From: an uncultured virus (IMG/VR IMGVR_UViG_3300009068_000031)
Lineage: Duplodnaviria > Heunggongvirae > Uroviricota > Caudoviricetes
Direction: 5' to 3' (one strand)
DNA length: 64,000 nt
Virus record (IMG/VR): IMGVR_UViG_3300009068_000031
Coordinates: 1 to 64,000 of that record
Shown: in pieces, positions 41,120 through 50,784 of the stretch
Position numbering within the stretch: the stretch's first letter is position 1
How the letters are laid out: every line of letters starts with the position of its first letter
Position numbers and translations under genes: made by a program
Notes under the pieces: generated by a model
Told to the model about the DNA's origin: nothing
Database searches by the model: none
The model's input: the letters and a program-made list of their open reading frames with translations, nothing else

Positions 41120-42377
41120 AAGTTGTACATTTTGTATGCATCCATTCACAGGATTGGCCACCAGAGAAGATGGTGCTATAAAGGTGTGTTGCAGAAGTTT
41201 ACCCATCAGTAATATACAAAATGAAACCATGGAACAGGCATGGAACAATGAAAAGATGAAAGAAGTGCGACGTCAGGTGTTGAATGATGAGCGACCTGAT
41301 GTGTGTGCGCCTTGTTTTGATCTAGAAGATCAAGGAGTGCAGAGTTTGAGACAAAGACACATCAGTGATAATATTCCTGAATCTAGAATCAATCTATATC
41401 CCACGGCTTTGGACAGTTTAAAAGAAGATTATACCATGCCTTTTGAATTGCCCACTATGGAAATCAAAATTAATAACTTGTGCAACTTGAAATGTCGTAT
41501 GTGTAATCCATTGGACAGCACACAATGGAAAGACTGGAACAGTATTGTGGATCATTACAAGAAAGAAAACAATTACTTGGTCAAAGCAGTGGAAGATCTG
41601 GGTTTGACACAGGCTCCGCATGTGGATCTGTTTGAAGATAAACCACATTTTTGGGACAATTTAAAAAAACTTATTCCTCATTTTAAACGTGTGGAATTTG
41701 CTGGTGGCGAACCTCTAATGGATCCCACACATTATAAAATATTGGACCTATTGAGTGAGAATGGATCCAACATTGAGATCAAATATGCCACCAATGGCAC
41801 AGTGTTGGGCATCAAAGGTGGTAGGACTATACAGGAATACTGGCCCAAATTTAAAAGTGTGGCAGTGAATGTGAGTATTGATGGAATCTTTGACACTTAT
41901 GAATATATCCGAGGCAATGGCAAGTTCATGGATGTGGTCAACAACATAAAAATAATAAAACAAATACCCACAGTGAGTAGAATAGTGGGAGCATTCACAG
42001 TGCAAGCCAACAATATCATGCAAATAGACCGTGTGATTGATTACTTTTTAAATGATTTGGGCATTGTGTTTTACAGTCACAGAGTAAACTATCCCCGAGC
42101 ATTGAGTGCTCAAGTGTTGCCAGCAAAATTAAAAAATCAAGTGATAGACAAACTGGAAGCAATGAAACCTCGAATTAAAGATTATGCATTGGTCCAACAG
42201 CATCCAATATTGGAAAAAATTACTCTACAACAAATACAGGACAACATTAATTTTTTAAAAGCCAAAGATCTTAATCAATACTGGATGGATTGTGTGGATT
42301 TTAATCGCCGATTAGACATCACAAGAAATCAAGGACCTTTTGAAAAAATAAATCCGGAGTTTGCTGATTATGTTTAA
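41109..42377 (+). CDS. Radical SAM enzyme with N-terminal Twitch/SPASM-like domain (group B)
   Basis: N-terminal CMHPF...KVCC...CAPC, then CNLKCRMC, AGGEPL and VSIDG. Confidence 0.85.
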   Translation: MKNKSCTFCMHPFTGLATREDGAIKVCCRSLPISNIQNETMEQAWNNEKMKEVRRQVLNDERPDVCAPCFDLEDQGVQSLRQRHISDNIPESRINLYPTALDSLKEDYTMPFELPTMEIKINNLCNLKCRMCNPLDSTQWKDWNSIVDHYKKENNYLVKAVEDLGLTQAPHVDLFEDKPHFWDNLKKLIPHFKRVEFAGGEPLMDPTHYKILDLLSENGSNIEIKYATNGTVLGIKGGRTIQEYWPKFKSVAVNVSIDGIFDTYEYIRGNGKFMDVVNNIKIIKQIPTVSRIVGAFTVQANNIMQIDRVIDYFLNDLGIVFYSHRVNYPRALSAQVLPAKLKNQVIDKLEAMKPRIKDYALVQQHPILEKITLQQIQDNINFLKAKDLNQYWMDCVDFNRRLDITRNQGPFEKINPEFADYV

Positions 42378-43272
42378 AGTGGAACACTTGTATCCTCATA
42401 TCAGAAACAGTGTCAAAGTGGAATGGAATCTTGGCAAACGATGCAATTTGGATTGCAGCTATTGTCCAGCAGAAATACATGACAATCACAGTGAACACAC
42501 TGATATAGAAATACTGAAACGCACTGTGGACACATTGAGCGTTATACCCAATGTGAGAATCAGTTTGACTGGCGGTGAACCTTGTGTGCATCCACACATA
42601 GAACAGTTGTTACAACATGCCAAAAATAAAATTGGTTGGATCAATGTCACCACCAATGGTACCAGAACTGTGGAATTTTACCAAAATATTTTGGAAAACT
42701 ATATCAATCATATTGTGTTCAGTGTGCATTTGGAATCTGATTGGCTGAAGGTGATAAACACAATTATCAAGGTTTACGCACAGTCTGCCAACAAAAATGT
42801 TCTAGTGCATATGATGATGCTGCCAGGACGTTTAAAAGACGTTAAAGACGCTTGTGAGGCTCTTTTAGATGCGGGCATACGCTATGCTCTGAGACCCATA
42901 CGCTGGACCAAAACACACGATGATTTTGAAGACATGATTCATTACAGTGCGGAAGAGAAAGAATTTTTGGCAGTAAACAATCATACCCCACCAAAAAATA
43001 CTCTCATAGACAACACAGTGGAATGCAATGTGAATGATTTACTGATCAACAAAACCAATCAATTTCTAGGATGGAGTTGTATGGCTGGTGTGGAAAGTCT
43101 TATGATCAATTGGGATGGTGCAGTTCACCGAGCCACTTGTAGAGTGGGTGGCAGTTTGGGCAACATCTATCAAGGCACTTTTGCAAAACCCACAACACCT
43201 ATTGATTGTACTCGCAAATGGTGCACTTGTGCTGCAGACATAAACATAACCAAGTTGAACAATGTTGATTGA
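42370..43272 (+). CDS. Radical SAM enzyme (group A)
   Basis: EWNLGKRCNLDCSYC, TGGEP, TTNGTR and FLGWSCMAG...CTRKWCTCAAD. Confidence 0.85.
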   Translation: MFKVEHLYPHIRNSVKVEWNLGKRCNLDCSYCPAEIHDNHSEHTDIEILKRTVDTLSVIPNVRISLTGGEPCVHPHIEQLLQHAKNKIGWINVTTNGTRTVEFYQNILENYINHIVFSVHLESDWLKVINTIIKVYAQSANKNVLVHMMMLPGRLKDVKDACEALLDAGIRYALRPIRWTKTHDDFEDMIHYSAEEKEFLAVNNHTPPKNTLIDNTVECNVNDLLINKTNQFLGWSCMAGVESLMINWDGAVHRATCRVGGSLGNIYQGTFAKPTTPIDCTRKWCTCAADINITKLNNVD

Positions 43273-44242
43273 AAAAATAGATTATAAATTTAAAGAATTT
43301 AACCGTGTGCTGCAGATTGAATGGACATTGGGCAATACTTGCAATTACAATTGTTCATACTGTCTGCCCATACTGCACAACAATAGCTTTCCTTGGATAA
43401 ACCTAGATGAAAGCAAAACATTCATAGACAAACTTCACAATCATTACAGCAACCTAGGTATCACAGATTACATTTGGAAATTTGGTGGGGGTGAACCTAC
43501 ACTATACAAGGATTTTGCCGAGCTGTGTGCCTACATAAATTCCAAACCTAATAATTATATCATACCCATTACCAATGGCAGTAGAAAATTACACTGGTGG
43601 CAGGAGCATGCTAAAAACTTTTTTGCTGTGCATTTCAGCATACACCCAGAATTTGTGGATCCCAATCACATTGTAGCAGTGTGTGATAATCTGATAGAAC
43701 AAAAAATCGACAGCATCTGTCATGTGATGATGAAGCCCAACGATTGGAATAGATGTTTGGAAATAGTAGAAGTGTTAAAAAACAGTCAGCACAAACAATG
43801 GGGCATACAAGCCAAACCTTTGCATCACACTTGGGAATCAGACACTGCAGAAGAAAGAGATTTATATCCTTACACTGCAGAACAAAAACAAATTTTTCAA
43901 ACTCCTATTAGAGCACAAAACAGAATCAGTCCAAGAGTGGATTCCAAATTGAACAGAGACATGTACATGGTCACTGAGGAAGGCATCAAAGATTTTGATC
44001 CTTATTGGGCAGTTACTCATGACATTGTGGACTGGAGTGGGTTCAAATGTGACGCAGGCATCAATAGAATATACATAAATTATGACAAACGCATGTATTT
44101 GGGAGCAGGCTGTAGAGTCGAATTAAATAATTTTGTTGGAAAAAAATACAATGAAGAATTTAAATTTCCCACAAAATCAATCATTTGTAATCAAAGGAGA
44201 TGTGTATGTATCGCGGACGTACAGGTGCCCAAAAGCAGATAG
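43262..44242 (+). CDS. Radical SAM enzyme (group A)
   Basis: EWTLGNTCNYNCSYC, GGGEPT, TNGSRKLHWW and WSGFKCDAG...CNQRRCVCIAD. Confidence 0.85.
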   Translation: MLIEKIDYKFKEFNRVLQIEWTLGNTCNYNCSYCLPILHNNSFPWINLDESKTFIDKLHNHYSNLGITDYIWKFGGGEPTLYKDFAELCAYINSKPNNYIIPITNGSRKLHWWQEHAKNFFAVHFSIHPEFVDPNHIVAVCDNLIEQKIDSICHVMMKPNDWNRCLEIVEVLKNSQHKQWGIQAKPLHHTWESDTAEERDLYPYTAEQKQIFQTPIRAQNRISPRVDSKLNRDMYMVTEEGIKDFDPYWAVTHDIVDWSGFKCDAGINRIYINYDKRMYLGAGCRVELNNFVGKKYNEEFKFPTKSIICNQRRCVCIADVQVPKSR

Positions 44243-44892
44243 GATTTTTTGGAGATAGTTTTTGTTCCTATGCTGAAAAACAAAATTGGATGGGACAATT
44301 AGCAGATCATTTGGACAGCAAAGTTGTTCACAATGGAGTGGGAGGTTCCAGCTATTGGACTACAGTGATAGATTACACAAAAAACTTTGATCAATACAAA
44401 AATTTAGATTACACAGTGTTCTGCTGGACCGAACCTTACAGAATATATCATCACAAAGGAGATTTTACAGGTCCTAAAGCATACAAAAAAGACGATCCTA
44501 GATCTAAAGCAGCACAGATGTACATAGAACATTTGCGTGATTGGAACAAAGAAAGAATGGAATTCACAGCCACAGCATATTGGTTGGATCATGAATATCT
44601 CAGTAAAGTATCTGGAAAAATCATACATCTTTGGAGTTTTGGAGACATACGTATACATGATTGGCCCAAAGCAGAATTAAAAGACATTAAATTTTTACAT
44701 GATTGGAAACATGGAATAGAAATGCGTACACCTTTGTTTTATATCAGTTGTAGAACAGATTCTTTTAGACATAAATTTGAAAATCATTGGTTGAATGATA
44801 TATTTCATTTCACAGTGAATCACATGGGACCGGAAGGTGATGCTGCTGTGTTTAAGGCTATAAAAGATGTGCTAACTCAGGAAAAACTTTAG
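44206..44892 (+). CDS. SGNH/GDSL-like hydrolase or acyltransferase
   Basis: IGFFGDSF (block I), GVGGSS (block II) and C-terminal NHM. AAGGAG SD before ATG 44206. Confidence 0.55.
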   Translation: MYRGRTGAQKQIGFFGDSFCSYAEKQNWMGQLADHLDSKVVHNGVGGSSYWTTVIDYTKNFDQYKNLDYTVFCWTEPYRIYHHKGDFTGPKAYKKDDPRSKAAQMYIEHLRDWNKERMEFTATAYWLDHEYLSKVSGKIIHLWSFGDIRIHDWPKAELKDIKFLHDWKHGIEMRTPLFYISCRTDSFRHKFENHWLNDIFHFTVNHMGPEGDAAVFKAIKDVLTQEKL

Positions 44893-46276
44893 CAGCACTC
44901 AATCCTCTGATAGCATCCAATTTGTTCACATATTCTTTAAAGCCTGGCAACAATCTAGAATTATCTTTGGCTTCCATGTGCATCAATACTGCTTCCCAAC
45001 GTCTCCATCCATAAGGATTGGTTTTCCAAAAATCATCGTCCTGTCTATAATTGTGCTTCAGCCAATCTTTAAAGTCCATAAACAGTTCTCTTATTTGTTG
45101 TTTGTCTTCTTTGGGCAATATTTGTATGCTTAAAAAAGTTGGTATGTATAATAAATGCATGTTGACCAATCCTCCACCCATTTGTACCCCACCAGGCACT
45201 GTGCCCACATTTAATTTTTTAAATCCGCTCTGTATTTTCCATTTCATAAAATCAGGTAAGTGTTTGATATTAAAAATTTGTATGGCAGTGGCTAAACTCA
45301 CTTGTATGTTGTCAGGAGTATTGTCCAACATGTGTAAATTCTTTTCCACTGTGGCCCATTGTGTGGGAAAACGTATGTATTCATCACGCTGATGTGTGGC
45401 ATCCATGCTCACAGCAAATTTAACTTTTTTAAATTTACTCCATAACTGGATTAAATCTTCATCCACTAATATACCATTGGAATTATAACGCAACAATATA
45501 CGATCTTGATAACCCTGTCTTATGATTTCCTCTATAAAAGTTTTGTGTTCTTTGATCATTAGTGGTTCACCACCAGCAAAATACACCTGTTTGAGATTGG
45601 GTATTTGACGATACATCTCCTGCCAAAAAGTATCTTTTTCATGCCAGAAGTTGTTGAATTCTTTTCGATCCCATTGTATTTGATCTTTGACTTCTTTGTT
45701 TTGTAATTGTGGCATCAGTTGTTGCCAATCATTCACCCATTTGCTGCTGTCATGTGGAGAACACATCACACATTTGATATTGCAAGTGTGTCCCAAACGC
45801 AGATCCAAATACAATAATTTTTCAGGCACTGTGCCATCTTCTTGGGTTTGACGTATCAGTTCAGGCACATCCACACCATCTCGATGCCACGTGCCAGTTT
45901 CCCATATTCTTTTGCTCACCACACCCACACGTTCTTCATCAAAACACTTGCGACAACTGGCAGGTATCTGACCTTTCAGCATGGTGGTACGCACACTTTT
46001 CATATAATCATTGTTCCAAGCACTCATAGGAGTATCCACTCCAAAGTTGGCAGGTGTGCCATCTTCTTTTTTAATAATACCCACTGTGTGATCTGATCCA
46101 GCACCACTGGCATTGGCTGAACAACACAGCCTCATGTCACCATTGGGTCTGGTGGCAAAATGTATCCAAGGCAATATACAATAGGTGGGTGTGCCTGTGA
46201 CAGATTCTATTTCTCTCTGCCATTTGCCCAGTTGTGAATCTTCAGGATTCATCCAATATTCGTTATGGTCTGACAC
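44858..46276 (-). CDS. Radical SAM enzyme with N-terminal Twitch/SPASM-like domain (group B)
   Basis: CILPW...RLCC...CRKC, then CNIKCVMC, AGGEPL and VSMDA; paralogue of 41109..42377. Confidence 0.85.
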   Translation of the reverse strand: MSDHNEYWMNPEDSQLGKWQREIESVTGTPTYCILPWIHFATRPNGDMRLCCSANASGAGSDHTVGIIKKEDGTPANFGVDTPMSAWNNDYMKSVRTTMLKGQIPASCRKCFDEERVGVVSKRIWETGTWHRDGVDVPELIRQTQEDGTVPEKLLYLDLRLGHTCNIKCVMCSPHDSSKWVNDWQQLMPQLQNKEVKDQIQWDRKEFNNFWHEKDTFWQEMYRQIPNLKQVYFAGGEPLMIKEHKTFIEEIIRQGYQDRILLRYNSNGILVDEDLIQLWSKFKKVKFAVSMDATHQRDEYIRFPTQWATVEKNLHMLDNTPDNIQVSLATAIQIFNIKHLPDFMKWKIQSGFKKLNVGTVPGGVQMGGGLVNMHLLYIPTFLSIQILPKEDKQQIRELFMDFKDWLKHNYRQDDDFWKTNPYGWRRWEAVLMHMEAKDNSRLLPGFKEYVNKLDAIRGLSAAKVFPELAHLL

Positions 46277-47084
46277 TGTCTACTCCCCATTGTCGCTCTT
46301 GACACCAAAAACATTCTCCACACACGGGCACGGGCTGGCCTGGCACATAAGTCCTGTAGTCCAAGTCTCCAAAGATTTTAGGTGATGTGTCGCGGTCACC
46401 TTCACAACTGCGAGTGAGATCAAATAGGTCCATTATGCCTAATTTTTTATATTGGGCAACTATCCAATCTTTCTGCACATAAGTGAAAGGGTGACAAGCA
46501 TAGCCGCCCATGTGTGCTTTGATTAATCTGTCCAGCACTGTGTCAGACAATGTGTCGAGCAACACATCTCTGTCAGTGAGACGATGATCAAATTCTTTAT
46601 CGGGATTCTTGGTCACTCCACAGTACCAAGCATCTAATTTTTTTGTGTGAGCCACATATTCAGCATGTGCTCTCAGTTCTATTTGATTGCCACTCTTTAA
46701 TCTACCATATTCATCCACAATGCTGGGTCCTTTGGATCCCCATTCCAGTTCAGGAGCAATAAAATTTTCGTGTCTTTTGAATTTTATGCTTTTAAATTCA
46801 TCAGTCAACCAGTTATAAACTTCCATACTGTTGTGACGCTGCCAAGGTCTGGTTTTCCAACATCTAACATTGGTAATAATATGCACAGTGATATTCAACT
46901 GATTTTTGTCAATCAAATCACACAGCAGATATGCCATTAGAGCACTGTCAGCACCACCACTCACACTGACGCCAATGTTTTTCCACTGGCTGGCCAAAGG
47001 AAAATACACATCATCAACTAGATGCAATATGTTTTTGAACACACTGGTTTCGTAAATTGTTTTTAATTGCTCTGTGTTACTCAT
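46263..47084 (-). CDS. QueC-like PP-loop (adenine nucleotide alpha-hydrolase) ATPase
   Basis: PP-loop VSGGADS, TRSC, and a C-terminal zinc motif CGECFWCQER as in QueC. Confidence 0.7.
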   Translation of the reverse strand: MSNTEQLKTIYETSVFKNILHLVDDVYFPLASQWKNIGVSVSGGADSALMAYLLCDLIDKNQLNITVHIITNVRCWKTRPWQRHNSMEVYNWLTDEFKSIKFKRHENFIAPELEWGSKGPSIVDEYGRLKSGNQIELRAHAEYVAHTKKLDAWYCGVTKNPDKEFDHRLTDRDVLLDTLSDTVLDRLIKAHMGGYACHPFTYVQKDWIVAQYKKLGIMDLFDLTRSCEGDRDTSPKIFGDLDYRTYVPGQPVPVCGECFWCQERQWGVDSVRP

Positions 47085-48124
47085 AAAGTTTTTTTATTGC
47101 AGTTGATTTCGGGTTGACAAGTACAGCGTTTTCTTTCACAAATTGTGGGCACAATATCAGGGTAAAAGTTATCAGTAAAATCATGGTTAAATAGATTGAA
47201 TGAACGATTCAAATTATAAAGACGATTACCACAAGAGCCTTTGATTAATCCATGCTTGTCGATCTGTATGGTGTCCACACCCACATTGCACTGCCATCCT
47301 TCAAAATTGTTCATACTGTTCAATGAAAGATAATTTTGTAATACTCTTTTCTTTTTCTTATTGTTAAAATGTAATGTGGGAGTGGAATTAAATTTTTCAA
47401 ACCTTCTTTTTTTCCAGTTGAACAGTTGAAAAAATGATGGATTTCTTTTGTTGCAGTCACTGAGATATTTCTTTTGTTCTTCATTGTAATTCACTGTGCT
47501 GTGATAAATCTCCAACACATTTATGGCCCATTTTTTTCGGCTGGATTTTAACTGCTCCACTATGGCCACACATTTATCCCAAGCATGTGGATCCATCAGC
47601 ACGTTGGCATCCACGCTGACTCCTTTTTTGTACAACAGATCTGCCACAGCAACAATATGTGGCACGTCCACTCTTTCATGATGACAGCTCAGCATCACAA
47701 TGTCATTGTAATGACCATATTCTTCCCACCATCTCAGTGTGCGTGATCCATTGGTGCTCATGCTAATCAAACAGTTGAATTGTTCTTTAAAATATTTGGT
47801 AAATTCTCCAAAATCTTTCCATATGGTGGGTTCACCTCCTATGAGGTGCAGATAGAAATCTTTTTTGCCAATATTTTTTTTGTAGTGTTCAATGAGATGG
47901 GAAAGATTCTTTTTGATCAATTCAAGATCAGGCCAACCATGTGTGCCTTCATTGGATCCTGGAAAACAATACCAGCACTTGTAGTTGCATCTGTTGCTGA
48001 GGAATAATTCTATCCTAAAACTATCTTTTTTTTGGTTGCTCTGTATCCTGATTAACTGTTCAGATGATTGGCCAGCATTGACTGACGATTCATCACTGAA
48101 ATTTGACTGCTCGAAATTGGACAT
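47081..48124 (-). CDS. Radical SAM enzyme (group A)
   Basis: CNYKCWYC, IGGEPT, STNGSRTLRWW and FEGWQCNVG...CERKRCTC. Start set at ATG 48124, downstream of the late promoter. Confidence 0.85.
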   Translation of the reverse strand: MSNFEQSNFSDESSVNAGQSSEQLIRIQSNQKKDSFRIELFLSNRCNYKCWYCFPGSNEGTHGWPDLELIKKNLSHLIEHYKKNIGKKDFYLHLIGGEPTIWKDFGEFTKYFKEQFNCLISMSTNGSRTLRWWEEYGHYNDIVMLSCHHERVDVPHIVAVADLLYKKGVSVDANVLMDPHAWDKCVAIVEQLKSSRKKWAINVLEIYHSTVNYNEEQKKYLSDCNKRNPSFFQLFNWKKRRFEKFNSTPTLHFNNKKKKRVLQNYLSLNSMNNFEGWQCNVGVDTIQIDKHGLIKGSCGNRLYNLNRSFNLFNHDFTDNFYPDIVPTICERKRCTCQPEINCNKKTL

Positions 48125-48137
48125 AGTATGGACAGAG

Positions 48138-48181
48138 TATTTATCGTAATTAACTGCCCACATAATTTTTCACGATAAGTA
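48138..48181. promoter_or_regulatory. Divergent late promoters (minus GATAAATA 48145-48138; plus GATAAGTA 48174-48181) flanking dyad motif copy 3 (ATTAACTG-CC-CACATAAT, 48149-48166)
   Basis: Read directly in the intergenic region between the ATGs at 48124 (-) and 48187 (+). Confidence 0.6.
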
Positions 48182-48186
48182 CAGCT

Positions 48187-48870
48187 ATGCTTGACCAAAT
48201 TAATATCACATGTTCAGCCAAAGAAATTTTTAACAGTTTACCAATTTTGGATTTACCAAAAACTCAATTGAATAAACCTACTGGAGATTTTTTCTATGAT
48301 GCTTGGCAGTTGAAAGATGAATTCAAAAAGCCCGCCATTGTGGATCTGTTTGCTCAACTGGGATCTGTGGGTGAAGCAAGAATAATTGTATTAGAGCCAG
48401 GTGAAAGTTATTGTGCTCATGCTGACATAGATGACCGATACCATTTGACACTGCAAGGTGAACACAGTTATCTGTATGATTTAAAAAATTTAAAAATGTA
48501 CCCCACTGAAGTGGACAACACAGTGTATCTTATGGATGCTGGTCGCATACATTCTGCTGCTAATTTGGGATATAAATCACGCATTCAACTTGTGGTAAGA
48601 AAATTATTAAACAAAGTAGAACTAAAAGATCCGTGTTCGGTCAAAATTATAGTTAATGATCCTCCATACAATCTAAGATATTTGTTTGATCATAGTTTTT
48701 CCATAGTTTTAAATAGATTAAACAAACAAGGATGTATGAATAAATTTAAAAAAATTTCTGAAACTGAAATAAGTTTTAAAATAGAACGCACTCATCTACC
48801 ACAAGTGAACAAACTGGTAGACACTTGTGGATTTAACATAAAGGTTATGTATGATGAAATATTGGAATAA
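48187..48870 (+). CDS. Fe(II)/2OG-dependent oxygenase (Asp/Asn beta-hydroxylase-like)
   Basis: LEPGESYCAHAD (HxD), YHL and IHSAAN..RIQLV. Confidence 0.7.
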   Translation: MLDQINITCSAKEIFNSLPILDLPKTQLNKPTGDFFYDAWQLKDEFKKPAIVDLFAQLGSVGEARIIVLEPGESYCAHADIDDRYHLTLQGEHSYLYDLKNLKMYPTEVDNTVYLMDAGRIHSAANLGYKSRIQLVVRKLLNKVELKDPCSVKIIVNDPPYNLRYLFDHSFSIVLNRLNKQGCMNKFKKISETEISFKIERTHLPQVNKLVDTCGFNIKVMYDEILE

Positions 48871-49486
48871 TTTTTACAAACATGAACTGGGCACATTAGC
48901 CATTGCCAACATGGTGTATGAACCATTGATTAGTCCTGACAAAGATATATTTAAAATGAATTTTAACAGCAATCAATATTTTGTTAATTCCAATATGACA
49001 GATGACTTTAGACAAAATTGGTTTGCTAGAGAAACCAATTATATAGAAAAATTAAAAAATAAACCATATGCTCCTGAAATCTTAAACATTGATCACAGAA
49101 ATAGAACCATTGAATTCAAATGGTATGATCGTAGTCTAAGCAAACTTATACACACAGGCGAAATATCCGCAGTGCCCAACTGGCAACAACAAGTCAAAGA
49201 CATTTTGTCAGACTTATTGTCAATGAACATACACAAATCCAATCTGTATCCACACACATTTTATTTGGATGATAAAAACAAAGTTCGCATAATGGATCTT
49301 TACGGTTGTACCTGTGACGAAGATAGATATGTGTCCAAGGAATTGTTAAAATCCATATTATTTGATCCCACTCATCCTAGATTTGCTCAAAGTCTTGTGG
49401 GTGAATTGTATGACACTTTTAAATTGTATGAATTAACTGTGGAAATGAATTATGGCAATTGGCCAGGAGATTTTTTAAATGCTTGA
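48851..49486 (+). CDS. Protein-kinase-like fold protein with atypical catalytic loop
   Basis: RETNYIEKL..APEIL...IHKSNLYPHTF...VRIMDLYG follows kinase-fold spacing but lacks the canonical HxD/N. Confidence 0.5.
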   Translation: MMKYWNNFYKHELGTLAIANMVYEPLISPDKDIFKMNFNSNQYFVNSNMTDDFRQNWFARETNYIEKLKNKPYAPEILNIDHRNRTIEFKWYDRSLSKLIHTGEISAVPNWQQQVKDILSDLLSMNIHKSNLYPHTFYLDDKNKVRIMDLYGCTCDEDRYVSKELLKSILFDPTHPRFAQSLVGELYDTFKLYELTVEMNYGNWPGDFLNA

Positions 49487-50027
49487 ATATGTGGGTAACT
49501 GCAAAGATCTGATTGATTGGCACAGTGTTATAAAAAGCATTGAAGATCAACAGAGTGCTTATATAGGACCAAGACATGATGTGGGGCATCACGTGCCAGG
49601 AGTGGAAGAAGTGGCCAAACCATTGCGTGAAGCTGGCTATAAAATGAAACACGAAGGCGGCAATGCCAGTTGGGACATGTACCTACCAGGCACAAATTTT
49701 GATAAAAAGATAGCGGAAAAGTTTTGTGAATGGGTGGGAATGAGCAGCTATATCAATGCTTGGATCAGTAGAGTAAAACCTGGAGATGTAGCACCTTGGC
49801 ATTGGGATATCACCGACGATGAAAAAACTTTAGAACACAAAAAAGAAATAGTTCGATTTCATTGCCACATAAGTCCACCAGCACCAGGACATGTTTTAAT
49901 TGTGGAAGATCATTGTTTGTACAATCAAGAAACAGGAGCCACTTGGAAATGGCCCAAACGCACTTCATGGCATGCAGGATCCAATGCAGGATTAGTGCCC
50001 AAATATATTTTTAACATATGGGGATAA
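49479..50027 (+). CDS. Fe(II)/2OG-dependent oxygenase
   Basis: KPGDVAPWHWD (HxD), RFHCHI and WHAGSNAG. Confidence 0.7.
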   Translation: MLEYVGNCKDLIDWHSVIKSIEDQQSAYIGPRHDVGHHVPGVEEVAKPLREAGYKMKHEGGNASWDMYLPGTNFDKKIAEKFCEWVGMSSYINAWISRVKPGDVAPWHWDITDDEKTLEHKKEIVRFHCHISPPAPGHVLIVEDHCLYNQETGATWKWPKRTSWHAGSNAGLVPKYIFNIWG

Positions 50028-50028
50028 T

Positions 50029-50784
50029 ATGAAAGGTGTTTACGGCAAACCATACATCTGTATGGATCCTTATGTGAATATACAACAATTAAAAGACATC
50101 ACAAAAGATATTCACTATGGCATAGGCAAAGCTCACGCACATATTAGATTGAACTACGGCATAGAAAATCATGAAGAATATGTGGATGATATTAAAGGAG
50201 CCTATAATTATTGGCGTGATAAAGAAACAGATCCTAAATTAAAACAGTACGGTGCAGAGTTGGAAAAAACCGACATGGTGGGTTTTCATTACTGGTTAAT
50301 GTATCAGTATCCTGTGTACGAAGCACTGAATTATCTTGTGATAAGAGAATTTGATAGATGTATTAACGCTCCATATCTACCTTATGATGCAAATAAAAAA
50401 CCAATGTATGACTGTAGATGGACAGAAGAATCCAAGTATTTTCCATCACTGGTGGATTGGGCTAAAAAACTGCCATTTGAACCATTGGGACCAATCATAC
50501 TATTGTTGAAAAATTCTGGATTAAAAACTGTCAAACACAGAGATTGCTTTTTACAGATGGAACCCTATGAACAAGAAGAGCATTTTATATGGTTTGATCC
50601 CATGAATGTTAGATCTTTGTATGTGGAAAACGGAGACGAAAAAATACACATGAATCCCGGCAGCTCATTCTATTGGAACAATCATGATTGGCATGGCGGA
50701 GTGGAAAATACCAACAAAGTGAGTTGGTCTATGAGAATAGAAGGTATCTTTAATAAAGAATTAATGGCTCAATTAAAACAATGA
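50029..50784 (+). CDS. Putative Fe(II)/2OG-type oxygenase (WHGG group)
   Basis: KHRD...HFIW...WNNHDWHGG...MRIEG; paralogue of 56409..57215. Confidence 0.55.
   Translation: MKGVYGKPYICMDPYVNIQQLKDITKDIHYGIGKAHAHIRLNYGIENHEEYVDDIKGAYNYWRDKETDPKLKQYGAELEKTDMVGFHYWLMYQYPVYEALNYLVIREFDRCINAPYLPYDANKKPMYDCRWTEESKYFPSLVDWAKKLPFEPLGPIILLLKNSGLKTVKHRDCFLQMEPYEQEEHFIWFDPMNVRSLYVENGDEKIHMNPGSSFYWNNHDWHGGVENTNKVSWSMRIEGIFNKELMAQLKQ

Noticed and set aside
44858..48124. Complete 7-deazaguanine (preQ0) DNA-modification pathway
   Set aside because: Only a QueC-like gene is present. The neighbouring radical SAM genes carry extra Cys-rich domains unlike QueE, and no folE, queD or dpdA was recognised in the window.
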